Shown here piece by piece: positions 6,991-14,975 of a stretch of 64,000 nt of DNA. Position 1 is the first letter of the stretch. Each line of letters opens with the position of its first letter. Below the pieces are notes generated by a model. The model did no database searches, had not been told where the DNA came from, and saw nothing but the letters and a program-made list of their open reading frames with translations. The translations under genes were made by a program, and so were the position numbers. Origin of the DNA: Verrucomicrobiota bacterium (GTDB lineage: Bacteria; Verrucomicrobiota; Verrucomicrobiia; Chthoniobacterales; UBA10450); the NCBI GenBank assembly GCA_003219465.1, contig QHOX01000162.1:4500-68499 (forward strand). The letters run 5' to 3'.

Positions 6991-8448
6991 TCATGCCGCT
7001 GGCTTCTTCTTCGGGATCACGATGGCGTCCGGCTCTTGGTTTTTGGCTTCTCTCAGTTGCTCACGCTTCGCAAAAGCCGGCTCTATGATGTATTTTTTGA
7101 GGTTCTCACCGTCCAACAGGTCTTCCTTCGATTCATATTTGCGGGTAGGCAATACCCAGTGAAAAGAGTTCTGCGAATCAACAAGCATCGCAAAGGGACG
7201 CGGGTCTACACTGATATCAATGATGGGAATGTAGGGGATTTTGAACTGCTTGACCGTAGCCTCTAATTCTAAAGGGGTTGATTTTGGACTGGTCAAATCC
7301 GCAATGACAAACATGCTCATTCCCGCCAGTGTCTGTACCGTCTCGGTATAGTCCTTATCGGTGGGGCGATCAAAATCAAACACTATAGGCAACAGATCGA
7401 ACTGCCGCAGGCCCTCCCTTAACCCGTCGAGCACGGACCTGCGTTGAGGATCAGAGAACCTTCCAAGAATCAGTACGCCCTTCGATGTGATTGTGTTGAT
7501 CACATTCCGAATTTTGGTATTGTTCAATATCAGGTAAATGAACTGGCCGACTTCCAGGTCATCTACGGTGACGACAGGTTCACCCTCCTTTGTGATGACT
7601 AAGTTATGTTGGACAGTGCCCACCAAGGTCACGTTCCAGGCAGAAGCTCCGTAAGTACGACAGCCGGTAATCGTGGCACTGGTGAAGTCGGTTTCCACCA
7701 AACCGGTACGGCTCAAATCGGCGTCGGTTAGATCAGCACTGGTTAGGTTGGCACCCCGTAGGTCGACATCGGCTAGGATGGCGCCGCGCAGCTTAGCCTT
7801 GCTCAGGTTGGCACGGAGCAGGTTGGCATCGCTCAGGCTGGCATCGTTCAGATTGGCACCGCTCAGGTTGGCACCGCTCAGGTTGGCACCGCTCAGGTAG
7901 GCACCGCTCAGGTCGGCACCGATCAGCTTGGCATCGCTCAGGTTGGCACCGATCGGGTTGGCACGGCTCAGGTTGGCACCGCTCAGGTCGGCACCGCTCA
8001 GGTCGGCATCGCTGAGATTGGCATTGCTCAGGTTGGCATCGCCCAGGTTGGCACGGCGCAGGTTGGCACCGCTCAGGTTAACACGGCTCAGGTTGGCACC
8101 GCTCAGGTTGGCACGGCTCAGGTCGGCACGGCTGAGGTTAGCATCGCTCAGGCTGGTACCGTTCAGGTTGGCACGGCTCAGGTTGGCACTGCTCAGGTAG
8201 GCGCCGTTCAGGTTGGCACCGCTCAGGTTGGCATCGCTGAAGTTGGCATCGCTGAGGTTGGCACGGCTCAGGTTGGCATCGCTCAGGCTGGTACCGCTCA
8301 GGTCGGCACGGCTCAGGTTGGTACCGCTCAGGTTGGCATTAAACAGCTCGGCACCGCCCAAGTCCGGCCTAGTAGCATTCTCTAATCGCCACTTATTCCA
8401 CTGCTCTACACCCTGCTTGAGTATTTTGAGATGTTCTTCATTTGCCAT
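6991..8448 (-). CDS. pentapeptide-repeat protein with uncharacterised C-terminal alpha/beta (TIR/NDT-like?) domain
   Basis: 485-aa ORF with a strong SD (GAGAGGAG) 8 nt upstream of the ATG. About 45 A(D/N)LSx pentapeptides span aa ~30-255. There is no signal peptide. The C-terminal module (aa 323-485) reads VLILGRF.., LPIVFDFD, MFVIADLTSPKSTPLELE. Confidence 0.85.
   Translation of the reverse strand: MANEEHLKILKQGVEQWNKWRLENATRPDLGGAELFNANLSGTNLSRADLSGTSLSDANLSRANLSDANFSDANLSGANLNGAYLSSANLSRANLNGTSLSDANLSRADLSRANLSGANLSRVNLSGANLRRANLGDANLSNANLSDADLSGADLSGANLSRANPIGANLSDAKLIGADLSGAYLSGANLSGANLSGANLNDASLSDANLLRANLSKAKLRGAILADVDLRGANLTSADLTDADLSRTGLVETDFTSATITGCRTYGASAWNVTLVGTVQHNLVITKEGEPVVTVDDLEVGQFIYLILNNTKIRNVINTITSKGVLILGRFSDPQRRSVLDGLREGLRQFDLLPIVFDFDRPTDKDYTETVQTLAGMSMFVIADLTSPKSTPLELEATVKQFKIPYIPIIDISVDPRPFAMLVDSQNSFHWVLPTRKYESKEDLLDGENLKKYIIEPAFAKREQLREAKNQEPDAIVIPKKKPAA
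7683..8361. repeat. 15-nt periodic coding repeat (GCTCAGGTTGGCACC-type units) encoding the pentapeptide array
   Basis: Dozens of near-identical 15-mers visible on the plus strand: gctcaggttggcacc, gctcaggtcggcacc, gctcaggttggcatc. Confidence 0.9.
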
Positions 8449-8532
8449 GGCCTCAAGCTCCTCTCATTAAAATACGGCACACTGATACTTGTTTCAAAAT
8501 GGGCCAATCCTTTGACTTTCAAGATCGGGCGC

Positions 8533-8967
8533 TTACTGCGGGATTGATGGTTTATTAATCCACACGGTTTCCACAAAAACAGGATTCCCAGGTCGTGCAC
8601 AGCTAGTGTCACAGCACCCAAATGTCGAAGAATGCACAACGGTAGCGGCCCCGGTAGCCCGACGCGTCCATATCTGGTAGCCATAGGCAAAGCACCCTCC
8701 ATTATCATCGTCGGTGACGGTACAGGTAAGGTTGTTAGCACCCTGGACCAGCCTTGAGGTGAGATCAAAGGTTCCTGTCTCCCCAAAATTTAACGTCAGG
8801 ACTACCGTGCCATTCAACGTGCACGTCATATGGTCATCTACACCTGTGACGGTGATACCAACGTGACTCGCTCCAAGTTGAACGGTGGTTTCGGCGCGAA
8901 GATCGTGTGTGGTGATGGTGGACAGCAACGCACCTGTAGCGACTAACAGAATAAGCTTCGTATACAT
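8533..8967 (-). CDS. small secreted hypothetical protein (Cys-containing, beta-rich)
   Basis: 144-aa ORF. Signal peptide MYTKLILLVATGALLSTITTHDLRA. It sits directly behind leader cassette copy 2 and 84 nt upstream of the pentapeptide gene. No recognisable family. Confidence 0.55.
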   Translation of the reverse strand: MYTKLILLVATGALLSTITTHDLRAETTVQLGASHVGITVTGVDDHMTCTLNGTVVLTLNFGETGTFDLTSRLVQGANNLTCTVTDDDNGGCFAYGYQIWTRRATGAATVVHSSTFGCCDTSCARPGNPVFVETVWINKPSIPQ

Positions 8968-9116
8968 AATTCCTTTCTTTTTTCCGCTACGTTGATTCTG
9001 CGATTCGCGGGTCCGGAAGGGGCGAAGAACCTAGCGGGGGAAGTCCTCCGCCTGATTCAGATCCGTTTAGCGAGGCCGATTTTGAAAAAATCTCATCTGC
9101 TCGTCAAGAAGAAATG
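8968..9116 (-). promoter_or_regulatory. conserved promoter + 5' leader cassette ('repeat A', copy 2)
   Basis: TTGACG (9107..9102), 17 nt, CAAAAT (9084..9079), then the conserved leader, AAAGAAAGGAA and ATG at 8967. Confidence 0.6.
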
Positions 9117-9262
9117 TCAGGCATCGCTAAATTTGCATATAGGGCTCGTCTGACTCGGGTAATCGTTTTGTTGCGCTTCACGGCGAGCAGGATAAAGCCC
9201 CGCCCGAATTACGACCGGGGGCCTCCGTTGATAGCCCGAGACATGAGCATCAGTTAGCGATT
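9117..9262 (-). repeat. conserved 3' cassette ('repeat B', copy 2)
   Basis: Aligns with 4381..4510, including the GCCCCCGG..CGGGCGGGGCTTTATC hairpin and a TTAGCGATT stop-codon-like junction. No intact gene ends here. Confidence 0.55.
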
Positions 9263-9369
9263 TGAGCATGGCTCGCTTGGCAGCGTCAGAGGGAAACTGG
9301 AAGCTGCGTGATCCACGCATCGAGGTTTATGGTACAAATACTACGTTGCGAGTGTGATCCCCTCGTGGG

Positions 9370-10462
9370 CTACTTCTCCGTTGGCGTGCCTCGAAAGCAA
9401 CGCGGAATATATGGAAAACCTTCCGTGATGAAACAGCAGTAGATTATCTGGTTCAAATCAGGGGAGTAGCAGACCTTGCCGTTGCATTGGTCGAGGTGGT
9501 CGTCTCCCGTGCCTATCGTGTACTCGTAGTCGTTGACAAAAGTACCGAGAGGGAACTTCGTATCATCGGGCTCCCCCCACTCGCTGCGTAGCGAGCCTTC
9601 CTTAATTTCCACCCGGACTTCATGGTGATCAGCTCACCGCCTTGCTTGAGTTGACCGTACTTCCAATAGACAGGAAATCCGTCAAACGCCCAACCCACGA
9701 GAGTCATTCGTTTAGGAAGGCATGGCTCTTGGACTTGAGCGATCGCGGCGGCAGTCTGGGTCGTAAGCTTGTGATAGTGGTAGAGCCCGCCCTTCTGGGT
9801 GTGCGCGATGTGATTGTCCATGTCGAGCTGGGCCTCTTCGCAGCACATCCACCAAGGGCGGATGTTGCCCCCTGCGTTTAGTTGCCATCTCACTTTCTGG
9901 GGGGCAATCTGCTGCGGTTCCAACCGCGAAGTTGTCGATGCAATCGACGTTCTTTGCGCCGCCGCAGGCTTTCGATGCCGTTTGCGTCCAGATGGCGACA
10001 TCCTCGGGATCGAACGGTACGCCATTGAGGGCGACCCCGAAGCGCTGTGGTCGTGTCGAGAATGGCTCCGGACATACCGTGACGGGGGTCGTGGTAGCCG
10101 CCTCACTGGGGTTGAGAGGTATTCTGAAGTGGTACTCATGCGTGGCGATTGGGTCGTGATAGGACGTATCAACGCAATGATTGGGAATCCCATTGGAGTC
10201 GATATGACGGTAGGCGTTGTCCGTCCAAATACTGCGCACGGACTCCAGCGTATTGCCTTTCCCCTCCTTCAACCAGATCTCGCCCTCGGGGCACTTGATG
10301 CTGGGGCCGATATGCATGCCGAGACACGGGACTGGCTCGAGCTCTTGGGGGGCGGTCCTTGGGGGCCGCGAGAATGATCGTTGGCAAAAATCCAAAGCAA
10401 GCAAGCACAATAGTGACGAGAACTGTCAGGATTGTTTGTTTAAGATGAATCAACGAATTCAT
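9370..10462 (-). pseudogene. YHYH-domain secreted protein, broken by three frameshifts
   Basis: Four ORF pieces in frames 1/0/2/0 (10462.., 10410.., 10193.., 9612..) together give a full YHYH-type protein. The pieces read: signal peptide MNSLIHLKQTILTVLVTIVLACFGFL; then GIPNHCVDTSYHDPIATHEYHFRIP; then NHIAHTQKGGLYHYH..LVGWAFDGFPVY; then FVNDYEYTIGTGDDHLDQCNGK. The frame changes sit at G6 (10347..10352), G6 (9899..9904) and a G3 run near 9610. Confidence 0.7.
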
Positions 10463-10615
10463 TGGTTCTTCCTTTCTTTTCCCCCGCTACATTGATTCTG
10501 CGATTCGCGGGTCCGGAAGGGGCGAAGAACCTAGCGGGGAAATGTCCTCCGCCTGATTCAGATCCGTCTAGCGCCGTCGAGTTTGGAAAAAATTTTGCCG
10601 GTTTGTCAAGCGAGG
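10463..10615 (-). promoter_or_regulatory. conserved promoter + 5' leader cassette ('repeat A', copy 3, -10 degenerate)
   Basis: TTGACA (10609..10604), 17 nt, CCAAAC. The leader is about 90% identical to copy 2 over ~100 nt. Confidence 0.5.
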
Positions 10616-10633
10616 AAACTTATGGAGTGGTAG

Positions 10634-10677
10634 GGACGCCACACACTGCGGCGTCCGGACAGCGCAGCGCGCTGTCC
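10634..10677. repeat. twin palindromic hairpins (GGACGCC-9nt-GGCGTCC and GGACAGCGC-agc-GCGCTGTCC) 3' of the sulfotransferase gene
   Basis: Inverted repeats read directly. The second is the same palindrome as 535..553. Confidence 0.7.
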
Positions 10678-10683
10678 CCACCC

Positions 10684-11460
10684 TCACAATTTCCAATCTG
10701 AGCAATCCCAGCCCAGCATCTGTTCAACCTCCGCGATGTCTTCTGCGAACAGGTGGTAAAGGAAAACGCGTTCCTCCCAGTTCATCCCCCGTTCGTATGG
10801 CACGATGTTTCTGTCTTTGTTGCGCACCGACCGCAGAGGTTTGCAGCCAAGGAATGAGAGAATCGAGGTGAGGGTTTCGCGCCGCTTTGCTTTGAAGTTT
10901 TCGAACTTTACCGCCTTTACGTGCTCACGCGGAAAAAATTTGAAGAGGCGCTCGAGTTGGCGTCCGTAAAAACCACGATCGATGTAGGCAAAACGCCGGG
11001 CATCAACGGGAGGCGCACCGCTGATGCGCGTTTGCTCTTCGCGCACGGCGTCGAAAAAATCCAGCGGTTCCCGGCCTTTGAACCGTTGCATGTTCCAATG
11101 CGCAAACGCGCGCTCGATCGGGTTACGCAGAATGATCAATAATTTGATTTTCGGATTGTAATTCCAGATCCGTTCCGCCGCCGGCTCGTGATAAAGATAA
11201 CTGGGTGTGCAATCGCCAGCGATCATTGACTGAGTAAGGGGCCGATAGTGTTTGTGCAGTTGCTCGTAATCGGGCTCGGAAACGAACAGCGCATCGTTAT
11301 CGAAGAAATGGATTTCCTGCTTATCGCCCATGCAGATATCGGGATGTCTGCTCAGGAAGTAGTGCAGCGCTGTCGTGCCGGATTTTTGCGCGCCGGCCAG
11401 AATGAAGTCGAGCCGGTCAATTTTGCGGCGCTTGCTTCGAAACATTGGGGAAATGTACAT
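10684..11460 (-). CDS. sulfotransferase family protein
   Basis: LDFILAGAQKSGTTALHYFL (5'-PSB loop) and LIILRNPIERAFAHW (3'-PB motif). Start placed at the ATG at 11460 (MYISPMFRSKRRK). The longer ORF to 11553 overlaps the divergent S46 gene. Confidence 0.8.
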   Translation of the reverse strand: MYISPMFRSKRRKIDRLDFILAGAQKSGTTALHYFLSRHPDICMGDKQEIHFFDNDALFVSEPDYEQLHKHYRPLTQSMIAGDCTPSYLYHEPAAERIWNYNPKIKLLIILRNPIERAFAHWNMQRFKGREPLDFFDAVREEQTRISGAPPVDARRFAYIDRGFYGRQLERLFKFFPREHVKAVKFENFKAKRRETLTSILSFLGCKPLRSVRNKDRNIVPYERGMNWEERVFLYHLFAEDIAEVEQMLGWDCSDWKL

Positions 11461-11559
11461 CGCGAAGCCTGTAGGGGAAGCTGACAGCTTCTCCTGCAAA
11501 CTGGCCTCGAAACGAAGCACGTAGTTGTGGCCTTTGTGCGTGCCCTCTATCATTCGCGC

Positions 11560-13674
11560 ATGTACAAGTGGTTTTGCCTGCAGTTTCGCTGTTCAGTTTT
11601 TCTCTTTGTTGTCGGAATAACTACCTCGGCATTAGCCGATGAAGGCATGTGGCTCTTCAACGCGCCGCCGCTGAAACAGCTCAAGGAAAAATATCAGTTC
11701 GAACCGTCGCCGCAGTGGCTCGAGCATCTGCAAAAATCCAGTGTCCGATTCAATTCAGGCGGGAGCGGTTCATTCGTTTCGGCAAATGGGCTCGTGATCA
11801 CAAATCACCACGTCGGGGCGGACACATTGCAGAAGATGGGCGACGCCCAACACAATTATCTGCGGGACGGTTTCTACGCGAAAACGCAGGCCGATGAGAT
11901 CAAATCCACAGATCTGGAGCTGAATGTGCTGATGTCGATCGAAGATGTGACGGCGCGCGTCACGAGCGCGGTAAAACCAGGCATGACGAGCGATCAGGCT
12001 TCCAGCGCGCGCAACGCTGCCATCGCTGCGATTGAAAAGGAAAGCAAAGAGAAAACCGGGCTCCGATCGGACGTGGTCACGCTGTATCAAGGTGGCGCAT
12101 ACCATCTTTACCGATACAAACGCTACGATGATGTGCGCCTGGTCTTCGCGCCGGAGCAGCAAATGGCTTTTTTCGGCGGTGACCCCGACAATTTCGAGTA
12201 TCCCCGTTACGATCTCGATATCTGTCTTTTCCGCGTTTATGAAAATGGCCAGCCGGCAAAGATCGAGCACTTTCTCAAATTCAATTCCAACGGCCCAAAC
12301 GATGGTGAGCTGACTTTTGTCAGTGGGAGCCCGGGGAAAACAGATCGGCAACTCACCTTGGATGAGATGGCCGACACGCGCGATCGATATCTGCCGTACG
12401 TGCTGAATATGTTTTACCGGCGCGAAGTGCTGGAGTCCGCGTACAGCGCACGCTCATTCGAGAACGCACGGAAGGCGCGCGAAGATCTGTTCGGTGATCA
12501 AAACAATCGGAAACGTTATGACGGTTATCTGGCCGGACTGCTTGATCCGCAAATCTGGTCGGCGCTGCAAGCGCGGGAGAAAAAGCTGCGCGACGCAATT
12601 GCACGCGATTCGAAATTCAAATCCACACTTTCTGCTTACGACGGGATCAAACGCGCCCAGGCTGAGATCGCGAAGAATGCGCCCGTGTACAATTACCTCG
12701 AGCAAGAGAGGCCAGTTACGGTTGGTTACCGCGGACCGCGAGCGCTTTCCGGAAATCTTTTCAAATATGCGCGCCTGCTACTCCGGGCTGCGGACGAGCG
12801 CACAAAGCCGAACGGCGAAAGAATCCCTACTTTTCGCGACAGCGCGCGCGAGTCATTGGAACTGGATCTCTTTTCCACAGAACCGATTTACGACGACTAT
12901 GAAATTTTGCGACTCACTAACTCGCTCACGGATTTCGCCTCGCAATTCGGGGCAGAAAATCCGATGGTGCAGAAGGTGCTCGCCGGAAAATCACCGCACG
13001 CGCGCGCGGTGGAACTTGTGACCGGCACGAAACTCAAGGACGTGTCGGTGCGCAAAGATCTCTACATTAAAGACGTCGCTGCGTTGCAGGCCGCGCACGA
13101 TCCGATGATCGATCTCGCCCGCATGATCGATGGGCCGGCGAGACAAGCACGAAAAATTTACGACGCGCAGGATGAAATCAAAAAACAGGCCTATGCGGAA
13201 ATTGCAAAGGCGCGGTTTGCGATGGAGGGCGCGAGCACTTACCCGGATGCGACTTTCACGCTACGGCTCTCTTACGGAACAGTACGAGGATATGAGCAGG
13301 ATGGAAAACAGGTTCCCGCGTTCACCGATTTTGCCGGTTTGTATCAGCGCGCCTCCGAGCACGACAACCAGCCGCCATTCAATCTGCCACAGCGTTGGAT
13401 CGACAAGAAAGCGAATCTAAATCTCTCAACGAAATTCAATTTCGTCTCGGATGCCGATATTATTGGCGGCAACAGCGGCAGTCCGGTGGTGAACAAGGCG
13501 AACGAATTCGTCGGCATCATTTTCGACGGCAACATTCAATCGCTGGTGCTCGATTGCATTTACACAGACACGCAAGCCCGTGCCGTGTCTGTCGATTCTG
13601 CCGCAATCATCGAAGCACTGCGCAAAGTTTACGACGCAGGCGCGCTGGCAGATGAGTTGGAAGGTCGGAAATAA
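11560..13674 (+). CDS. S46 family dipeptidyl-peptidase (DPP7/DPP11-like)
   Basis: Signal peptide, then ADEGMWLF, GGSGSFVSANGLVITNHHVG and IIGGNSGSPVVN (catalytic Ser). About 700 aa. ATG at 11560 preferred over GTG at 11527. Confidence 0.9.
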   Translation: MYKWFCLQFRCSVFLFVVGITTSALADEGMWLFNAPPLKQLKEKYQFEPSPQWLEHLQKSSVRFNSGGSGSFVSANGLVITNHHVGADTLQKMGDAQHNYLRDGFYAKTQADEIKSTDLELNVLMSIEDVTARVTSAVKPGMTSDQASSARNAAIAAIEKESKEKTGLRSDVVTLYQGGAYHLYRYKRYDDVRLVFAPEQQMAFFGGDPDNFEYPRYDLDICLFRVYENGQPAKIEHFLKFNSNGPNDGELTFVSGSPGKTDRQLTLDEMADTRDRYLPYVLNMFYRREVLESAYSARSFENARKAREDLFGDQNNRKRYDGYLAGLLDPQIWSALQAREKKLRDAIARDSKFKSTLSAYDGIKRAQAEIAKNAPVYNYLEQERPVTVGYRGPRALSGNLFKYARLLLRAADERTKPNGERIPTFRDSARESLELDLFSTEPIYDDYEILRLTNSLTDFASQFGAENPMVQKVLAGKSPHARAVELVTGTKLKDVSVRKDLYIKDVAALQAAHDPMIDLARMIDGPARQARKIYDAQDEIKKQAYAEIAKARFAMEGASTYPDATFTLRLSYGTVRGYEQDGKQVPAFTDFAGLYQRASEHDNQPPFNLPQRWIDKKANLNLSTKFNFVSDADIIGGNSGSPVVNKANEFVGIIFDGNIQSLVLDCIYTDTQARAVSVDSAAIIEALRKVYDAGALADELEGRK

Positions 13675-13689
13675 CGCCGAGCGTGAACC

Positions 13690-14100
13690 ATGAGCACTGA
13701 AGAAAATAGAAAGCTATTACTCAGCGTCTTCGATGCGATCGAACAACGCGACGATCAGCGATTCTCGGAACTCTTACATTCGGATTTCGAAATTCACTGG
13801 CCCGAGTCACTTCCGTTCGGCAAAAGCAAAGCTAGAACTTGGAGCGACACGTGGAACCCACTTCAGGCAACCAAGAGAGAGAGGAGAATGGATGCGCGCG
13901 TTGTGGCTGCTAATGAGGACGAAGTAGTCGTTCTTTGGCGACAGCGCGGATCAAGCCCAGAAGGGCAACAGTTTGATGGAGAGGTTCTGGGTCTTTATCA
14001 AGTCCGCGATGGGAAGCTCGCACGCGCACAAATGTTTTATTTTGATACCGTCGCGGTAGCCAGTTTCTTGAACAAGGCGATGACGCAATCCGAAAAATGA
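13690..14100 (+). CDS. NTF2-like / SnoaL-type small protein
   Basis: 136 aa. The N-terminal NRKLLLSVFDAIEQRDDQRFSELLHSDFEIHWP pattern is typical of SnoaL-like folds. Motif-level evidence only. Confidence 0.5.
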   Translation: MSTEENRKLLLSVFDAIEQRDDQRFSELLHSDFEIHWPESLPFGKSKARTWSDTWNPLQATKRERRMDARVVAANEDEVVVLWRQRGSSPEGQQFDGEVLGLYQVRDGKLARAQMFYFDTVAVASFLNKAMTQSEK

Positions 14101-14154
14101 AGTCCAATCTGTGCTAAGACCGGGGCCAACGCAGTGCGCTCTCAGTTACTCAGT

Positions 14155-14943
14155 TCAGAGTTCTTTCAGCAGCTTCTTCCAGCGCGCCCAAGCTTCGTCG
14201 CGAGCTTTTCGGTCAGCTTCGCGAAAATTTGGGTTAGCCGGATCACCTGAGCGCATAAAGCCGTGACCAGCGCCTTTGTAGATCACCGGCTCATATTTTT
14301 TGCCAGCGGCTTTCATTAGCTCTTCCGCTTTTGGAATAGTTGCGTTCACGCGCTCATCGTTCTCGCCGTAAAAACCGTAAACAGGACACGCAATATTTTT
14401 CACCTTGTCAGCGGACTCTGGCGGAGCCCCGTAAAACGAATAGGCTGCGTTCAATTTTGGGTTTTCGTTCGCGTAGGTAAACGCCCACCCCCCGCCGCGG
14501 CAAAATCCACAAACAGCCAGAGTGCCGTTGCATGCCGGGATTTTCAGGGCGTAATCTGCCGTCGCGTCCAGAACCGATTTTACCTGCTCGTCGGTCACCG
14601 CAGAGATCGCTTTGCGCGCTCCGTCAGCATCTTCAAACTTTTCGCCATTGAGAAAATCGGGCGCAATGGCGATAACGCCATTCTCAGCCAACTGATCACA
14701 CATGCTGCGAAGCCAATCGGTCAGGCCAAAGATTTCCTGAACGACCAGAATAGCTGGCGCTTTGTCCTTGCGCTCCGGATAGACAACGAACGCCTTGATG
14801 GTGCGCTCGCCCGATTTGATATCGACCCATTCGCCATGACGCGGCGAGTTATTCAGGCGGTCCTTGCCGAAATCCTTGTATTCTTGGGCCGGCAGCGATT
14901 GTGCGAGGCAACCAACGGCAAGTACTAACAGAAAGCGCTTCAT
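14155..14943 (-). CDS. dienelactone hydrolase family protein (secreted)
   Basis: Signal peptide MKRFLLVLAVGCLAQSLPA, then VVQEIFGLTDW, VCGFCRGGGWAF (nucleophile elbow) and YKGAGHGF. Confidence 0.8.
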   Translation of the reverse strand: MKRFLLVLAVGCLAQSLPAQEYKDFGKDRLNNSPRHGEWVDIKSGERTIKAFVVYPERKDKAPAILVVQEIFGLTDWLRSMCDQLAENGVIAIAPDFLNGEKFEDADGARKAISAVTDEQVKSVLDATADYALKIPACNGTLAVCGFCRGGGWAFTYANENPKLNAAYSFYGAPPESADKVKNIACPVYGFYGENDERVNATIPKAEELMKAAGKKYEPVIYKGAGHGFMRSGDPANPNFREADRKARDEAWARWKKLLKEL

Positions 14944-14975
14944 TTGATGGAATGAGATTCGATGTTCGGTGTCGG

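Noticed and set aside
7683-8361. Possible CRISPR array, suggested by the regular short repeats
   Set aside because: The period is 15 nt with no unique spacers. The region is fully coding (pentapeptide repeats), and no cas genes are present.
7673-8470. Plus-strand ORFs 7673..7900, 7928..8200 and 8213..8470 encoding LRLAPLRLAS-type repeats
   Set aside because: They are the antisense reading of the 15-nt periodic pentapeptide array. They exist only because the repeat lacks stops on the opposite strand. The minus-strand gene has a strong SD and a coherent domain structure.
9117-9320. 67-aa minus-strand ORF between the YHYH pseudogene and the 144-aa gene
   Set aside because: It lies across the non-coding 'repeat B' cassette, has no SD and has no family resemblance. 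It is more likely a relic or 3' UTR sequence than a gene.
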